DNA from: Candidatus Peribacteria bacterium
Lineage (GTDB): Bacteria; Patescibacteriota; Gracilibacteria; Peribacterales; Peribacteraceae
DNA: 64,000 nucleotides
NCBI GenBank assembly: GCA_943350395.1
Contig: CALRAD010000001.1
Span: 35,860 to 99,859, forward strand
Reading direction: 5' to 3'
Below, piece by piece: positions 26,745 through 35,851 of the stretch. Made by a program: the position numbers and the translations under genes. The first letter of the stretch is position 1, and each line of letters starts with the position of its first letter. The notes under the pieces were generated by a model that did not search any database, had not been told where the DNA came from, and saw nothing but the letters and a program-made list of their open reading frames with translations.

Positions 26745-27929
26745 ATGCGCATTCTATCCATTGTGGTCACTGCCTGTGTGCTCGGCTCCGGCCTGATGCC
26801 AACGGTACTCGCTGCGGAGAATATCTATGCCTTTCAGGAATCGGTCAGCGCACTCCAGCAAGACGGCGTGATCGATGCGGGTGCGATTCAAAATCTTCGC
26901 TTGTCACAAGGTATTAATCGGGCGGAAGCGCTGAAAGTTATTCTGAAGGCACAGCCGAAATTTTCATCGAGCCTGAGCACCGTCGGCAATTCGATGCCTC
27001 CCCTCTCGCTCTTCACCGATGTTGATCAACGGAGCTGGTACGCACCATACGTCGAAGTCGGCTTCCGGTCACGATTGATCAAAGGCTATCCGGACGGGAA
27101 ACTCCGACCGCAGTACGGAGTGACTGTCGAGGAAGCAGCGGCAATGATCACGCGATCCTTCGGCGAAGATACGGAGAACGCGGCATTTCAAACACATGCG
27201 GATCTTTGGAACCGAGAAGGACAATGGTACACGGGTGCGCTCAGCGTTCTCATCTCCAGAAATGCAATCCTTCAAGGAAGTGAACTCTCGCCCGGAATGG
27301 CTCTGACCCGCGGAGATTTCTTCGAAATCCTACAGCGAATGCGCCGCGCCCACGGCGTCGACGGACCGATTCCGGCTGCAGTGACGACGCAACCTACCGA
27401 ACAGTCATACGTGGGCGATGGCGCATCCGCTCCACAGGGAAACGTACAAGTTGTACAAGATGCAGCTGCACTGCAGTATGCATCCGGCAAACCATTTGCG
27501 ATTTCAATCCCGAGTCTTGGTATCACTGACCTCACGGTCACGCACCCCGAAGACGCATTCAGCCAAAAGGGCGTTCTCTCCATCCTCAAAGACGGTGTCG
27601 GACATCTCTTCGCCTATCCCGGAGAAGGCAGCAAGGTGATGATTTACGGGCACAGCAGCGGCTATCCTTGGGATGTTTCAAAGTACACAAAGATTTTTCG
27701 AACGATCAACAAAATTGAAATCGGATCTCGCCTGTACGTCACGTATCAAGGAAAAGTATTCGTCTACCAGGTGACGGAAAAGAAAATCGTTCCCGCAAAA
27801 GACCGATCTCTGTTCGAACCAGACGAGAGCGGCGAATCGCTCCTGCTCTATACGTGTTGGCCGCCCGACAGCATCTCTCAAAGATATACCGTACGTGCAG
27901 TGCCGGTGGAGACGATCGCATTAAAGTAG
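26745..27929 (+). CDS. Secreted SLH-like repeat protein fused to a C-terminal sortase domain
   Basis: Signal peptide MRILSIVVTACVLGSGLMPTVLAAE. SLH-like FTDVDQRSWYAPYVEVGFRSRLIKGYPDGKLRPQYGVTVEEAAAMITRSF. Sortase His (VMIYGHSSG), Cys (LLLYTCWP) and Arg (RYTVRAV). Confidence 0.7.
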   Translation: MRILSIVVTACVLGSGLMPTVLAAENIYAFQESVSALQQDGVIDAGAIQNLRLSQGINRAEALKVILKAQPKFSSSLSTVGNSMPPLSLFTDVDQRSWYAPYVEVGFRSRLIKGYPDGKLRPQYGVTVEEAAAMITRSFGEDTENAAFQTHADLWNREGQWYTGALSVLISRNAILQGSELSPGMALTRGDFFEILQRMRRAHGVDGPIPAAVTTQPTEQSYVGDGASAPQGNVQVVQDAAALQYASGKPFAISIPSLGITDLTVTHPEDAFSQKGVLSILKDGVGHLFAYPGEGSKVMIYGHSSGYPWDVSKYTKIFRTINKIEIGSRLYVTYQGKVFVYQVTEKKIVPAKDRSLFEPDESGESLLLYTCWPPDSISQRYTVRAVPVETIALK

Positions 27930-27957
27930 CGGCAATCTCTTCCGCAGCTCTACTGTT

Positions 27958-30900
27958 TTATTTCAATCTGTCCCACCAGACCTCTCCAAGAGTTGGCTCT
28001 TCTGTGGAAGAAGCATCGTTTTTCACCGACTCTTTCGAGAGAACGATGCCGAGGAATTCAATCAACATGCGCCTCGTAAGCGGCTTGAAACGAAGTTCTC
28101 CGGAAGCCTGCAGATCCACATTCGGATCGTCGAGAAGATCTCTCGCAATGGAGAAAGACAATTCCTGCTGTAGATTCTCGGCCTCCTGCGGCGTAATCAC
28201 GCTTCGGTGAACGTAGAGATTGAGTGCGGCTGAGGCAAGAAGTTTTGACGCATCCCGCATATTGAAAGCAGATTCCGGCTTTCTCAGATCCTGGAGGAGG
28301 AGATCCGGCGCAAATGAAAACAAAGAGAGATCGAATGCGCGTTCATGATCCTGGCTTCTGTAGAAAACGCGAGACACGAAGCTCAAGTCGCGAGACAAAC
28401 CAGAGAGCAAATCTCTCTGGACTCTCGAACCGACGGATCCTTCGAGCGGAGCAGACTCCTGGAGCACGGCCTGCTTGGCACTTGGAGGAGGCAAGCAGCG
28501 CAATACAAGAAGCGTTCGTAGTATTTCGAAAAGTGACACGGGCTCATCGAGTTTGATCTTCGTTTTTCCCTTGCTGACGCCAAACTCCGTGGGCTTACTC
28601 GTGCCGGTCAGTAGCCACAGTGTCTTCGAATCCGCATTCAACGTTCCTCGAGACAATAGCGCACGGATCACCGGCTCAAGAGCGTCGCCCGGAAGCATGT
28701 CGCTGAACGTGACATCATCCGCACGATCGGCATCAGTCGACAGACACTCGAGTGCAGGAAGTGCTGCAAAGTCTGAGAGGAAGTTTTTCTCTTCCTGTGC
28801 ATCCTCCTGTTCCCCTTGAAGACTCTTGTCGAAGACAATTGGAAGTAAGCTGATGTGTCCCGCTTGGAACGACGCTTTCGTCAGCATCGTCGCAGCTTCA
28901 TCGAGATCGATTCCCTGCTCAAGCCCCAGCACTCGAAGGAAACTCTGTGGCAAAATTCCGAGAGAAGAAAGCGTGGAATAATCGGTGACAAGTAGATTGT
29001 TCTCCGGAAGATCTGTTGGGAGAGGGCCAATACGTACTTGTTTCTCCTCAGGAATCTTCATTGCCGCTTTCAGAAGAGCAATAGCTTCTCGTCTCGTGAC
29101 GGGTGCGGAAAGATCTGCAGCCGGACCACGAGGGGTCAGACGTGCAGCCGGAAGGTCAGCTGACAGAAGAGAATAGACGAGAACGGCATTGCTCGTAAGA
29201 GGACTGACAGGAAGATCGATGAGCGGAAGTATGGTGCCATTTTTGGTGAAACCCTGAGGAGAAGACAGCAAAGGCACACATTGGGTCCGTGCAAGCAACG
29301 TCAGGAAATCCCCCCGACTGACCAAATCCCGCTCCAGATTGATACCGTCAAGCACAGGAAGCGAGAATGCATCTTCAAGTCGACCAAGCAGAGCGAGCGA
29401 GTCCGATGTATCCGAACCCTTCACGGCTGACGCTCCTACCGAAAGACAAGGCTTGTAATCCAAAAGTGCTTCCCTGCGGAAACCGAAAGAAATGGATGTC
29501 ATGGAATCGAGACGAACAATATGCCCAGATGAGATTATGTTGCCTGTCGGACTGAATGAATCCAGTACAAGCGATCCTGTTTCGACGATGATTGCGTATC
29601 CCCGCTCATCGCTCCTCTCGAGCTCGAATGTCGTATCCCCATCTGGAGAGAGAGTCTGTGAAAACCGTACGGATTTACCAGAAGCCGTACTGCCCGACGC
29701 CGTGACAACAAGGCCGCCAAACTCATACTTCTCGCGGAGATCTTTCACGCCGTTGCCGTTGATGTCTTCGAATGCCGATACCATGATAAATCCGGATTCG
29801 GTGAGTTTCACCGGTTTTGGAGGTCTCCACATGCTTCCTCCCGCCGTCGTTGCCGCGGAACTTGCGCCTCCACCTCCTCCGCTGCCTCCCGTAAAACCGC
29901 AGGTGGAGCTGAGCGTAAAAGTCTGTTCACTGCTTCTGGTAGATTTCAAACCCGTATCGATTGCTGCAACACTCCAGTAGTAGGTATTGCCACACGGAAG
30001 ATTTTTCAGAAGCGTGGTTCTGCTTTGACCGTTCGGCACGACTCGCGAAACCCAGTTTGGACTCGCGGTTCTCTTCGAAATATGACTGTTGGAATTACTT
30101 CCTGTTCCCACCTGCAACTGGTACTGCAGTTGGCGTGCCGTACTCTGCGTATCCGAACCCGAACCCCACGAGAGACGGACTTGAGCCATCGTATAAAAAA
30201 CCGTGACGCGAATATGGTCGACCCAACCAAGACTGCCACCAATGATGTTATCCTGCGCTGCAATTGCGACACCGAAGTCGACAGCATTGATCTGCGCCGG
30301 AGTCCACGTCGTCCCCCAGAGATCACCTCCGCTTCCGTAGCTGACCACCGTCTCACTTGTCGGCCATGTCGTCGCCAGACTCCTGTCGGTGGAACCAATC
30401 GAACCACTCTTGATGACACGAACCGCATAATCTTTCACACTTCCCGAAATCTGCCTCTTCTCAACCTCGACAATGATGCCGAGAATCGTCGCTGTCGTCG
30501 GAACATTGATATTAAAACCCGTCGCCGTGAGATAGTGACCAATCGAACTGGGCGCACCCAAGCTGATCGTTGCATAAACATCGTTACTGGAATAAACATC
30601 GCTCATGCTTCCCCAAGCGATGCTTCCGACAGCACTGTTGTCCGTACTTCCGGTCGGATTTTTTGGACTCGGAGACACAAGAGCGCCGGTAAGAGTAGCG
30701 AGCGTCGATGCGGTCGGTGCGGTATTGGCACTCGTCGCAGCCTGATCGCTCGTATAATGACGGTTTGCCTGACCTGTATCACCACCGGAATAATCGCCGT
30801 TGCCACGCACGTAATCGACATCGCCATCATTATCGATATCACCAATCGCCGACATAAAGACATCGTCTCCCGGTTGAGTAATAGCTCCAAGAGAAGTGAA

Positions 30901-32067
30901 AACGCCTGTTCCGTCATTCAGAAAAATTTCTGATCCTCCACTGGAACCGATATCCGAACCGTTCAAGGTATAGTCGAGATCACCGTCATTGTCGATATCG
31001 GCAAGTGCAACGCTATTCGTCGCCGTCACCGTTCCGTAGCTATTTCCTGCAGAAAATGTTCCTGCTCCGTTATTAATGTACACGGTAGATGTTCCGTTGC
31101 CTGCGACTATCAGGTCGATGTTGCCATCGGCATTCAAATCGCCGGGCGCAAAGTATGCGACATCCACGCTTCCGAAAGTGGAAAGTTGAACGAACGAACC
31201 CGTACCGCTGTTGCGCATTACTTTTCCGCTGGTTGCCGCTCCGGGCGGAGCAAGAATCAGATCGAGATACCCGTCACTATCGACATCAAAAGATGCAAGG
31301 GTATACGACGCAGGAAGCGGTGACGCGGCAGCCGTAAAGTTGCCATGTCCGTCATTGATATATACGGCTTGCGTAAGAACGCTTGAACCATTGGTCACGA
31401 CAATATCGAGTGTCGTATTGTTGTCGACATCAACCAAAAGAATGTCGTTCCATGCAGCAATATTCATGGAAATGCAGGTGAAACTTGCCGATCCGTTATT
31501 AATGCATTTCGCATTGGCAGCCGCACCCGCGCCCGGAGAAGCGAACACCAGATCCAGATCGCCATCGCCGTCAATGTCACCGGCAGCAAAATCGAGAAAT
31601 GCTTGCGAACTGCCGAAGGTGGAACTGCTGAAAACGCCTGATCCGTTATTCAGATAGAGATCGAGAGAACCAGGAAGAGTCGTATTATTTCCTGCGATGT
31701 AATCGAGATCACCGTCATTGTCGAAGTCACCCATCACGACATCGATCGTATCGTTCGCCTCGGACGTTGTGCTGCTTAAGGTAAACGACATCGCATACAC
31801 AGTGGCGATGAACTGGAGGAAGAGAATCAGCAGTGAAACCGACAGAATGCTTGCCATGATGATCTCGAGCTTCGGCGGCAGCCTCGGATGCAAGCTCTCG
31901 ACATCGGCAAGAGACATTCTGTTCACACGCAGGTGATTGAAAATATCGATCCACTCCACAACAACAGCAATCATCATAATGGCGATGCCGACCGATAAGC
32001 TCATGAATGCACGAATATGAGTGATCGTGAGCAGCATCGCATCGATATCGCTGCTTCCGATCGGCAC
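27958..32067 (-). CDS. Giant surface protein with seven FG-GAP/VCBS-type repeats (putative beta-propeller) and an SLH-like C-terminal region
   Basis: Repeats: DFDNDGDLDY, GDIDGDGDLDLV, VDVDNNTTLDIV, FDVDSDGYLDLI, GDLNADGNIDLI, ADIDNDGDLDY, GDIDNDGDVDYV. A signal-peptide-like MASILSVSLLILFLQFIATVYA suggests an alternative start at 31857. C-terminal SLH-like pieces: VTRREAIALLKAAM, SRGDFLTLLART. Confidence 0.75.
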   Translation of the reverse strand: MPIGSSDIDAMLLTITHIRAFMSLSVGIAIMMIAVVVEWIDIFNHLRVNRMSLADVESLHPRLPPKLEIIMASILSVSLLILFLQFIATVYAMSFTLSSTTSEANDTIDVVMGDFDNDGDLDYIAGNNTTLPGSLDLYLNNGSGVFSSSTFGSSQAFLDFAAGDIDGDGDLDLVFASPGAGAAANAKCINNGSASFTCISMNIAAWNDILLVDVDNNTTLDIVVTNGSSVLTQAVYINDGHGNFTAAASPLPASYTLASFDVDSDGYLDLILAPPGAATSGKVMRNSGTGSFVQLSTFGSVDVAYFAPGDLNADGNIDLIVAGNGTSTVYINNGAGTFSAGNSYGTVTATNSVALADIDNDGDLDYTLNGSDIGSSGGSEIFLNDGTGVFTSLGAITQPGDDVFMSAIGDIDNDGDVDYVRGNGDYSGGDTGQANRHYTSDQAATSANTAPTASTLATLTGALVSPSPKNPTGSTDNSAVGSIAWGSMSDVYSSNDVYATISLGAPSSIGHYLTATGFNINVPTTATILGIIVEVEKRQISGSVKDYAVRVIKSGSIGSTDRSLATTWPTSETVVSYGSGGDLWGTTWTPAQINAVDFGVAIAAQDNIIGGSLGWVDHIRVTVFYTMAQVRLSWGSGSDTQSTARQLQYQLQVGTGSNSNSHISKRTASPNWVSRVVPNGQSRTTLLKNLPCGNTYYWSVAAIDTGLKSTRSSEQTFTLSSTCGFTGGSGGGGGASSAATTAGGSMWRPPKPVKLTESGFIMVSAFEDINGNGVKDLREKYEFGGLVVTASGSTASGKSVRFSQTLSPDGDTTFELERSDERGYAIIVETGSLVLDSFSPTGNIISSGHIVRLDSMTSISFGFRREALLDYKPCLSVGASAVKGSDTSDSLALLGRLEDAFSLPVLDGINLERDLVSRGDFLTLLARTQCVPLLSSPQGFTKNGTILPLIDLPVSPLTSNAVLVYSLLSADLPAARLTPRGPAADLSAPVTRREAIALLKAAMKIPEEKQVRIGPLPTDLPENNLLVTDYSTLSSLGILPQSFLRVLGLEQGIDLDEAATMLTKASFQAGHISLLPIVFDKSLQGEQEDAQEEKNFLSDFAALPALECLSTDADRADDVTFSDMLPGDALEPVIRALLSRGTLNADSKTLWLLTGTSKPTEFGVSKGKTKIKLDEPVSLFEILRTLLVLRCLPPPSAKQAVLQESAPLEGSVGSRVQRDLLSGLSRDLSFVSRVFYRSQDHERAFDLSLFSFAPDLLLQDLRKPESAFNMRDASKLLASAALNLYVHRSVITPQEAENLQQELSFSIARDLLDDPNVDLQASGELRFKPLTRRMLIEFLGIVLSKESVKNDASSTEEPTLGEVWWDRLK

Positions 32068-32215
32068 AAAACGCTGCGCAAGCGTGACACCCGTCAGGAC
32101 GGCGGCAAGTAAGCCCGTAATGATGACGAAATATCGACGCAGAATTGATATGGGTATTTCTTTTTATTGTAGCACAAAACACGCCAAAAAACCAGACCTA
32201 AACACGTCGTTTCCG

Positions 32216-32590
32216 TTACTTCTGGGCCGGGAGCAACCGCTCCACCATCTCGACAAGCGACTTAATCGTCATGTCCTTCTTCACGAAGTAATCGTCGACT
32301 CCAAGTTCTTTGCCGCGATCTCTGTTTGCCTGATCATCAAAGTTCGTGAGCATCACGATTGGAAAAGAACGAATTGCCTTCGGAAGTTTTTCAAGAACCC
32401 CAAATCCGTCGAGAACGGGCATATTGATGTCGAGGAGCACGAGATCCGGCTTGTCTTTGGCAATCAAATCGAGCGCTTCCTGCCCATTGGAGGCCGTTCG
32501 TACATCGTACGTATCAGTCGAAAACTTCCGGAGATAGAGATCCCGGAGCACCGTGTCGTCTTCCGCAATGATGATTTTCCCTTTCGACAT
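32216..32590 (-). CDS. Stand-alone response-regulator receiver (CheY-like) protein
   Basis: KIIIAEDD...PDLVLLDINMPVLDGF...PIVMLTN...DYFVKK. The start is set at ATG 32590 (MSKGK). Confidence 0.8.
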   Translation of the reverse strand: MSKGKIIIAEDDTVLRDLYLRKFSTDTYDVRTASNGQEALDLIAKDKPDLVLLDINMPVLDGFGVLEKLPKAIRSFPIVMLTNFDDQANRDRGKELGVDDYFVKKDMTIKSLVEMVERLLPAQK

Positions 32591-32632
32591 AAGGAACATT
32601 CTACCCTCTTTCGGCTCTAAACGCAATGACCC

Positions 32633-33409
32633 TCAGGAAAACGACACTCGGGTGTACACCGTGATATCGGCACCTCCGAGCATTTTCCCAACGGTCTGAC
32701 TCGGATCCTTTGCGAAAGGCTGTGTAAGGAGCGCATTCTCTTCCCTAAACTTCTTCTCCTTCCCAAGCATGATCTTCTCGAGGATTTCAGGTGGTTTCTT
32801 ATCGCCCTTCATCTGCTCCTTCCAGATTTCTTTCTCCTTACTCACAGAATCCGCCAACACCTCTTCAGGTCGCACATACAGAGGGTTCATTGCGGCGGCA
32901 TGCATAGCAGTATCAGATGCTTGTTCTTTCGTTCCGGCGGTGAGTCCAACGATCACCCCGATCTTCCTGTTACTGTGCACGTACGTGCCGAGAACGGGAG
33001 CGCTCGCCTCTTTCGTCTCCGCAAGAGAGATGTTCTCCCCAAGCTCGAGCACGGCTGCAGGCACTTTCTCAGAAGCGTAAGCGTCGAATGCCGCCTTGCC
33101 CTTTTTCAGAAGAACATCGGCAAGATCCTGTCCGAATTTTTGAAAGACTTCGGAACGGCCGACAAAATCCGTCTCGCAGCGAACCTGCACGAGTGCGGCT
33201 TTCTTGCCGTCTGTTGCGATGAAGATCGCACCTTCAGTTTGCTCCCTTCCGGCCTTCTTCACAGCTTGCGCCTTTCCCTTCTTGCGAAGGAGATCGATCG
33301 CAAGCTCAGGGTCACCTTTCGCCTCTTCCAAGGCATTCTTGGCGTCCAAAATACCGACACCCGTTCGGGCGCGGAGAGCAGCGACATCGGAGGCAGCAAC
33401 AGGAGACAT
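32633..33409 (-). CDS. tsf: Elongation factor Ts
   Basis: VAALRARTGVGILDAKNALEEAKGDPELAIDLLRKKG and VRCETDFV. Confidence 0.9.
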   Translation of the reverse strand: MSPVAASDVAALRARTGVGILDAKNALEEAKGDPELAIDLLRKKGKAQAVKKAGREQTEGAIFIATDGKKAALVQVRCETDFVGRSEVFQKFGQDLADVLLKKGKAAFDAYASEKVPAAVLELGENISLAETKEASAPVLGTYVHSNRKIGVIVGLTAGTKEQASDTAMHAAAMNPLYVRPEEVLADSVSKEKEIWKEQMKGDKKPPEILEKIMLGKEKKFREENALLTQPFAKDPSQTVGKMLGGADITVYTRVSFS

Positions 33410-33446
33410 AGGATTGGGGTGAAGGCTAAGAATGAAGTTTCAAAAA

Positions 33447-34151
33447 TTATTTCTGCTGAGCGGGTTCTTTGTCATCTTTTGCTCCCGAGAGCTCTGCTTC
33501 GATCGTCTGCAATATCAAGTCGAGAGATTTGACAGCATCGTCATTTGCCGGAATGAAAACTTTAAAATTGTCGGGATCGGCATTGCTGTCACAAATCCCA
33601 TAGACTGGGATCCCAAGCTTTCTGGCCTCAAGAACGGCAACATGGTCGCGTACCGCATCAACGACGAAAACGGCATCGGGCAAACCTTTCATCTGCGCAA
33701 CACCAGAGAATCCGGCATCCAGCTTTGCGAGCTCTTTTCTGTGTGCTGTCTGCTCTTTCTTCGTGTACTTCTCGATGTCACCGGTCTTGAATGACTGCTG
33801 CAAATCGAGGTAATACTTGATACGGTTCTTGATCGTCTGCCAATTCGTGAGGAGTCCCGGCACCCACTTCTTCGTCACGACCGGCTGACCAAGAGCGCTG
33901 CTGACGCGTTCAATTGCTGCAAGGCTCTGGAGCTTCGTGGATACGAAAAGAATCGTCTTGCCGGACTTCTGCAGAGACCTCATCTCATCGCATGTCTTCT
34001 TCAGTGCATCGTGCGTCTTCTGGAGATCAAAGATGTGAATGCCTCGACGAACGCCAAACAGCTGATTCTTCATCTTCGGATTCCACTTCTCTTTACGGTG
34101 ACCGAAGTGACAAGCGGCAGTGATCAACTCTTTGGGGGATGGAATAGACAT
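33447..34151 (-). CDS. rpsB: 30S ribosomal protein S2
   Basis: LITAACHFGHRKEKWNPKM...GIHIFDLQKT and VVDAVRDHVAVLEARKLGIPV. The start is set at ATG 34151 (MSIPSPKEL). Confidence 0.9.
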   Translation of the reverse strand: MSIPSPKELITAACHFGHRKEKWNPKMKNQLFGVRRGIHIFDLQKTHDALKKTCDEMRSLQKSGKTILFVSTKLQSLAAIERVSSALGQPVVTKKWVPGLLTNWQTIKNRIKYYLDLQQSFKTGDIEKYTKKEQTAHRKELAKLDAGFSGVAQMKGLPDAVFVVDAVRDHVAVLEARKLGIPVYGICDSNADPDNFKVFIPANDDAVKSLDLILQTIEAELSGAKDDKEPAQQK

Positions 34152-34202
34152 AGAACAGGGTAAGGGAAAGAAAAAATTGCGATGATGCGACTTCCTTGGG
34201 GT

Positions 34203-34281
34203 CTGCTCCCTGACGTCTTCTCGCTCTGATGCGGAGGATTTCCCTTTCGGGATCAGGACCGCGCGATCGGTCGGGGAGGAA
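34203..34281. repeat. Possible degenerate family-1 element (copy E) in the rpsB leader
   Basis: CGGTCGGGGAGGAA resembles the copy B end CGGCGGGGAGGAG, and there is a gatgcggagg hairpin half. Similarity is weak. Confidence 0.3.
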
Positions 34282-34358
34282 ATTACTGCGATGCAGCGAA
34301 TGGATCTTATAGACAAGCAGCAAGCATCGCAAGCCTCTGTACCATCAAAATCAATCTA

Positions 34359-35765
34359 TCATCTCAATCTCTCGACGAGCGACGCAATTGTCACTCTCTC
34401 TTGTTTCAGAGTATCTCTGTCTCTAATCGTCACCGTATCGACCTCTCCCTGTGCGGGATCTTCTCCAAGTGTTCCGAAATCGACCGTGATGCATTTCGGC
34501 GTACCGATTTCGTCTTGGCGTCGATAGCGCTTGCCGATGGATCCGGTCACGTCGAAATCGACATTGAGGGCTGTTTCTTGAACAATTTTTTTGTACAACT
34601 CTTGCGCCTTCGCCATGAGATGTTCTTTCTTGGAGAGTGGAAGAATTGCGATGTCGACGGGTGCGACTTTTGGCGTGAATTTCATCACCGTTCTGGTGTC
34701 GTCGTCCCCCACTTTCTCTTCCATGTAGGCATCGAGAAGTACGGCGAGCGCAACACGGTCGGAACCGAACGACGGCTCCATTACATGCGGTGTGATCTTT
34801 CTGGTCGGTTCATCCGGATCGGTGTACTGCAGGCTCTGCCCAGAAAATTTCTCATGCTGCTTCAAGTCAAAATCAGTTCTGTACGCAGCAGCGGCGCAGA
34901 GCTCTCCCCAACCCCACGGAAACTTGTACTCGATGTCCGTCGTGCCTTTCGAGTAGTGTGAGAGTTCGTCTTTTTCATGATCTCTAAACCGGAGATTCTC
35001 AGGCGCTATGCCAAGCGTATCGACAAGAAACGACCAGCTTGCCTTCTTCCACTCGGCGAAAATATCTTCCCACTTCTGTTTATCTGGATCGAAAAAATAT
35101 TCGATTTCCATCTGCTCAAATTCACGCGTGCGAAACGTGAAATTGCCCGGTGTGATCTCGTTTCGGAACGCCTTGCCGATCTGACCGATGCCAAACGGCA
35201 GACGCTTTCGCATCGTATCGACGACATTCTTGAAGTTGACGAAAATACCTTGCGCGGTTTCTGGACGAAGATAAACGAGAGCCGCCTCTTCTTCGACCAC
35301 TCCTTGGTGCGTCTTGAACATCAGATTGAATTTTTTGGCTTCGGTCCAAGCGAACTTGCCGCACGAAGGACATGCAATTTTCTCTGCATTCAGCATCGGC
35401 TGCACCTGTTCGAGCTTGAGAACAGCGACCGCCTCGACGCCGAGCTTGTCCTCCAGAAGCTTGTCTCCTCGGAATCGCTGCTTGCAATTTTTGCAATCCA
35501 CGAGAGGATCGGTGAAGGAACTGACATGCCCGCTCGCCTCCCACACTTTTGGATTCATGAGAATCGACGCATCGAGACCGACCATGTCCGCTCTGTCTCT
35601 GATAAACGTTTTCCACCAGAGCTGCTTCACTCGATTTTTAAGTTCCACGCCAAGCGGTCCGTAATCCCACGTATTGGCGAGTCCTCCGTAAATCTCGGAG
35701 CCTGGGAAAATAAATCCACGGCGCTTGCAGAGAGAAACGAGCTCGTCGAGTGTGCTTGCTGGCAT
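34359..35765 (-). CDS. glyQS: Glycyl-tRNA synthetase, alpha2 (GlyQS) type
   Basis: LCKRRGFIFPGSEIYGGLANTWDYGPLGVELKN, YLRPETAQG, FRNEITPGNFTFRTREFEQMEIEYF and PSFGSDR. The start is set at ATG 35765. Confidence 0.9.
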   Translation of the reverse strand: MPASTLDELVSLCKRRGFIFPGSEIYGGLANTWDYGPLGVELKNRVKQLWWKTFIRDRADMVGLDASILMNPKVWEASGHVSSFTDPLVDCKNCKQRFRGDKLLEDKLGVEAVAVLKLEQVQPMLNAEKIACPSCGKFAWTEAKKFNLMFKTHQGVVEEEAALVYLRPETAQGIFVNFKNVVDTMRKRLPFGIGQIGKAFRNEITPGNFTFRTREFEQMEIEYFFDPDKQKWEDIFAEWKKASWSFLVDTLGIAPENLRFRDHEKDELSHYSKGTTDIEYKFPWGWGELCAAAAYRTDFDLKQHEKFSGQSLQYTDPDEPTRKITPHVMEPSFGSDRVALAVLLDAYMEEKVGDDDTRTVMKFTPKVAPVDIAILPLSKKEHLMAKAQELYKKIVQETALNVDFDVTGSIGKRYRRQDEIGTPKCITVDFGTLGEDPAQGEVDTVTIRDRDTLKQERVTIASLVERLR

Positions 35766-35827
35766 AGGCAGAGTGTAGGGAAGGTGATGAAAGTTGGGAA
35801 GCATTCCTCGCTTTTCTGCCTTGTTTC

Positions 35828-35836
35828 TGCTATAAT
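35828..35836 (+). promoter_or_regulatory. Extended -10 promoter element (TGCTATAAT) upstream of the PrsW-like gene
   Basis: TGnTATAAT match located 16 nt upstream of the ATG at 35852. No clear -35 box. Confidence 0.3.
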
Positions 35837-35851
35837 CAGAAGATTCTCTCT

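Noticed and set aside
27958-32067. The FG-GAP giant protein as a target of a diversity-generating retroelement.
   Set aside because: I could find no reverse-transcriptase ORF and no template/variable repeat pair in or near the gene.
33447-34316. N-terminal extensions of several track ORFs: rpsB to 34316, carA to 53949, glyQS to 35804, the yerC-like gene to 41571, GT2 to 23583, maf to 39002 and queA to 6772.
   Set aside because: The conserved protein N-termini start at internal ATGs. These ATGs also remove overlaps with upstream genes or create canonical ATGA/TAATG junctions. The extensions have no family-like sequence.
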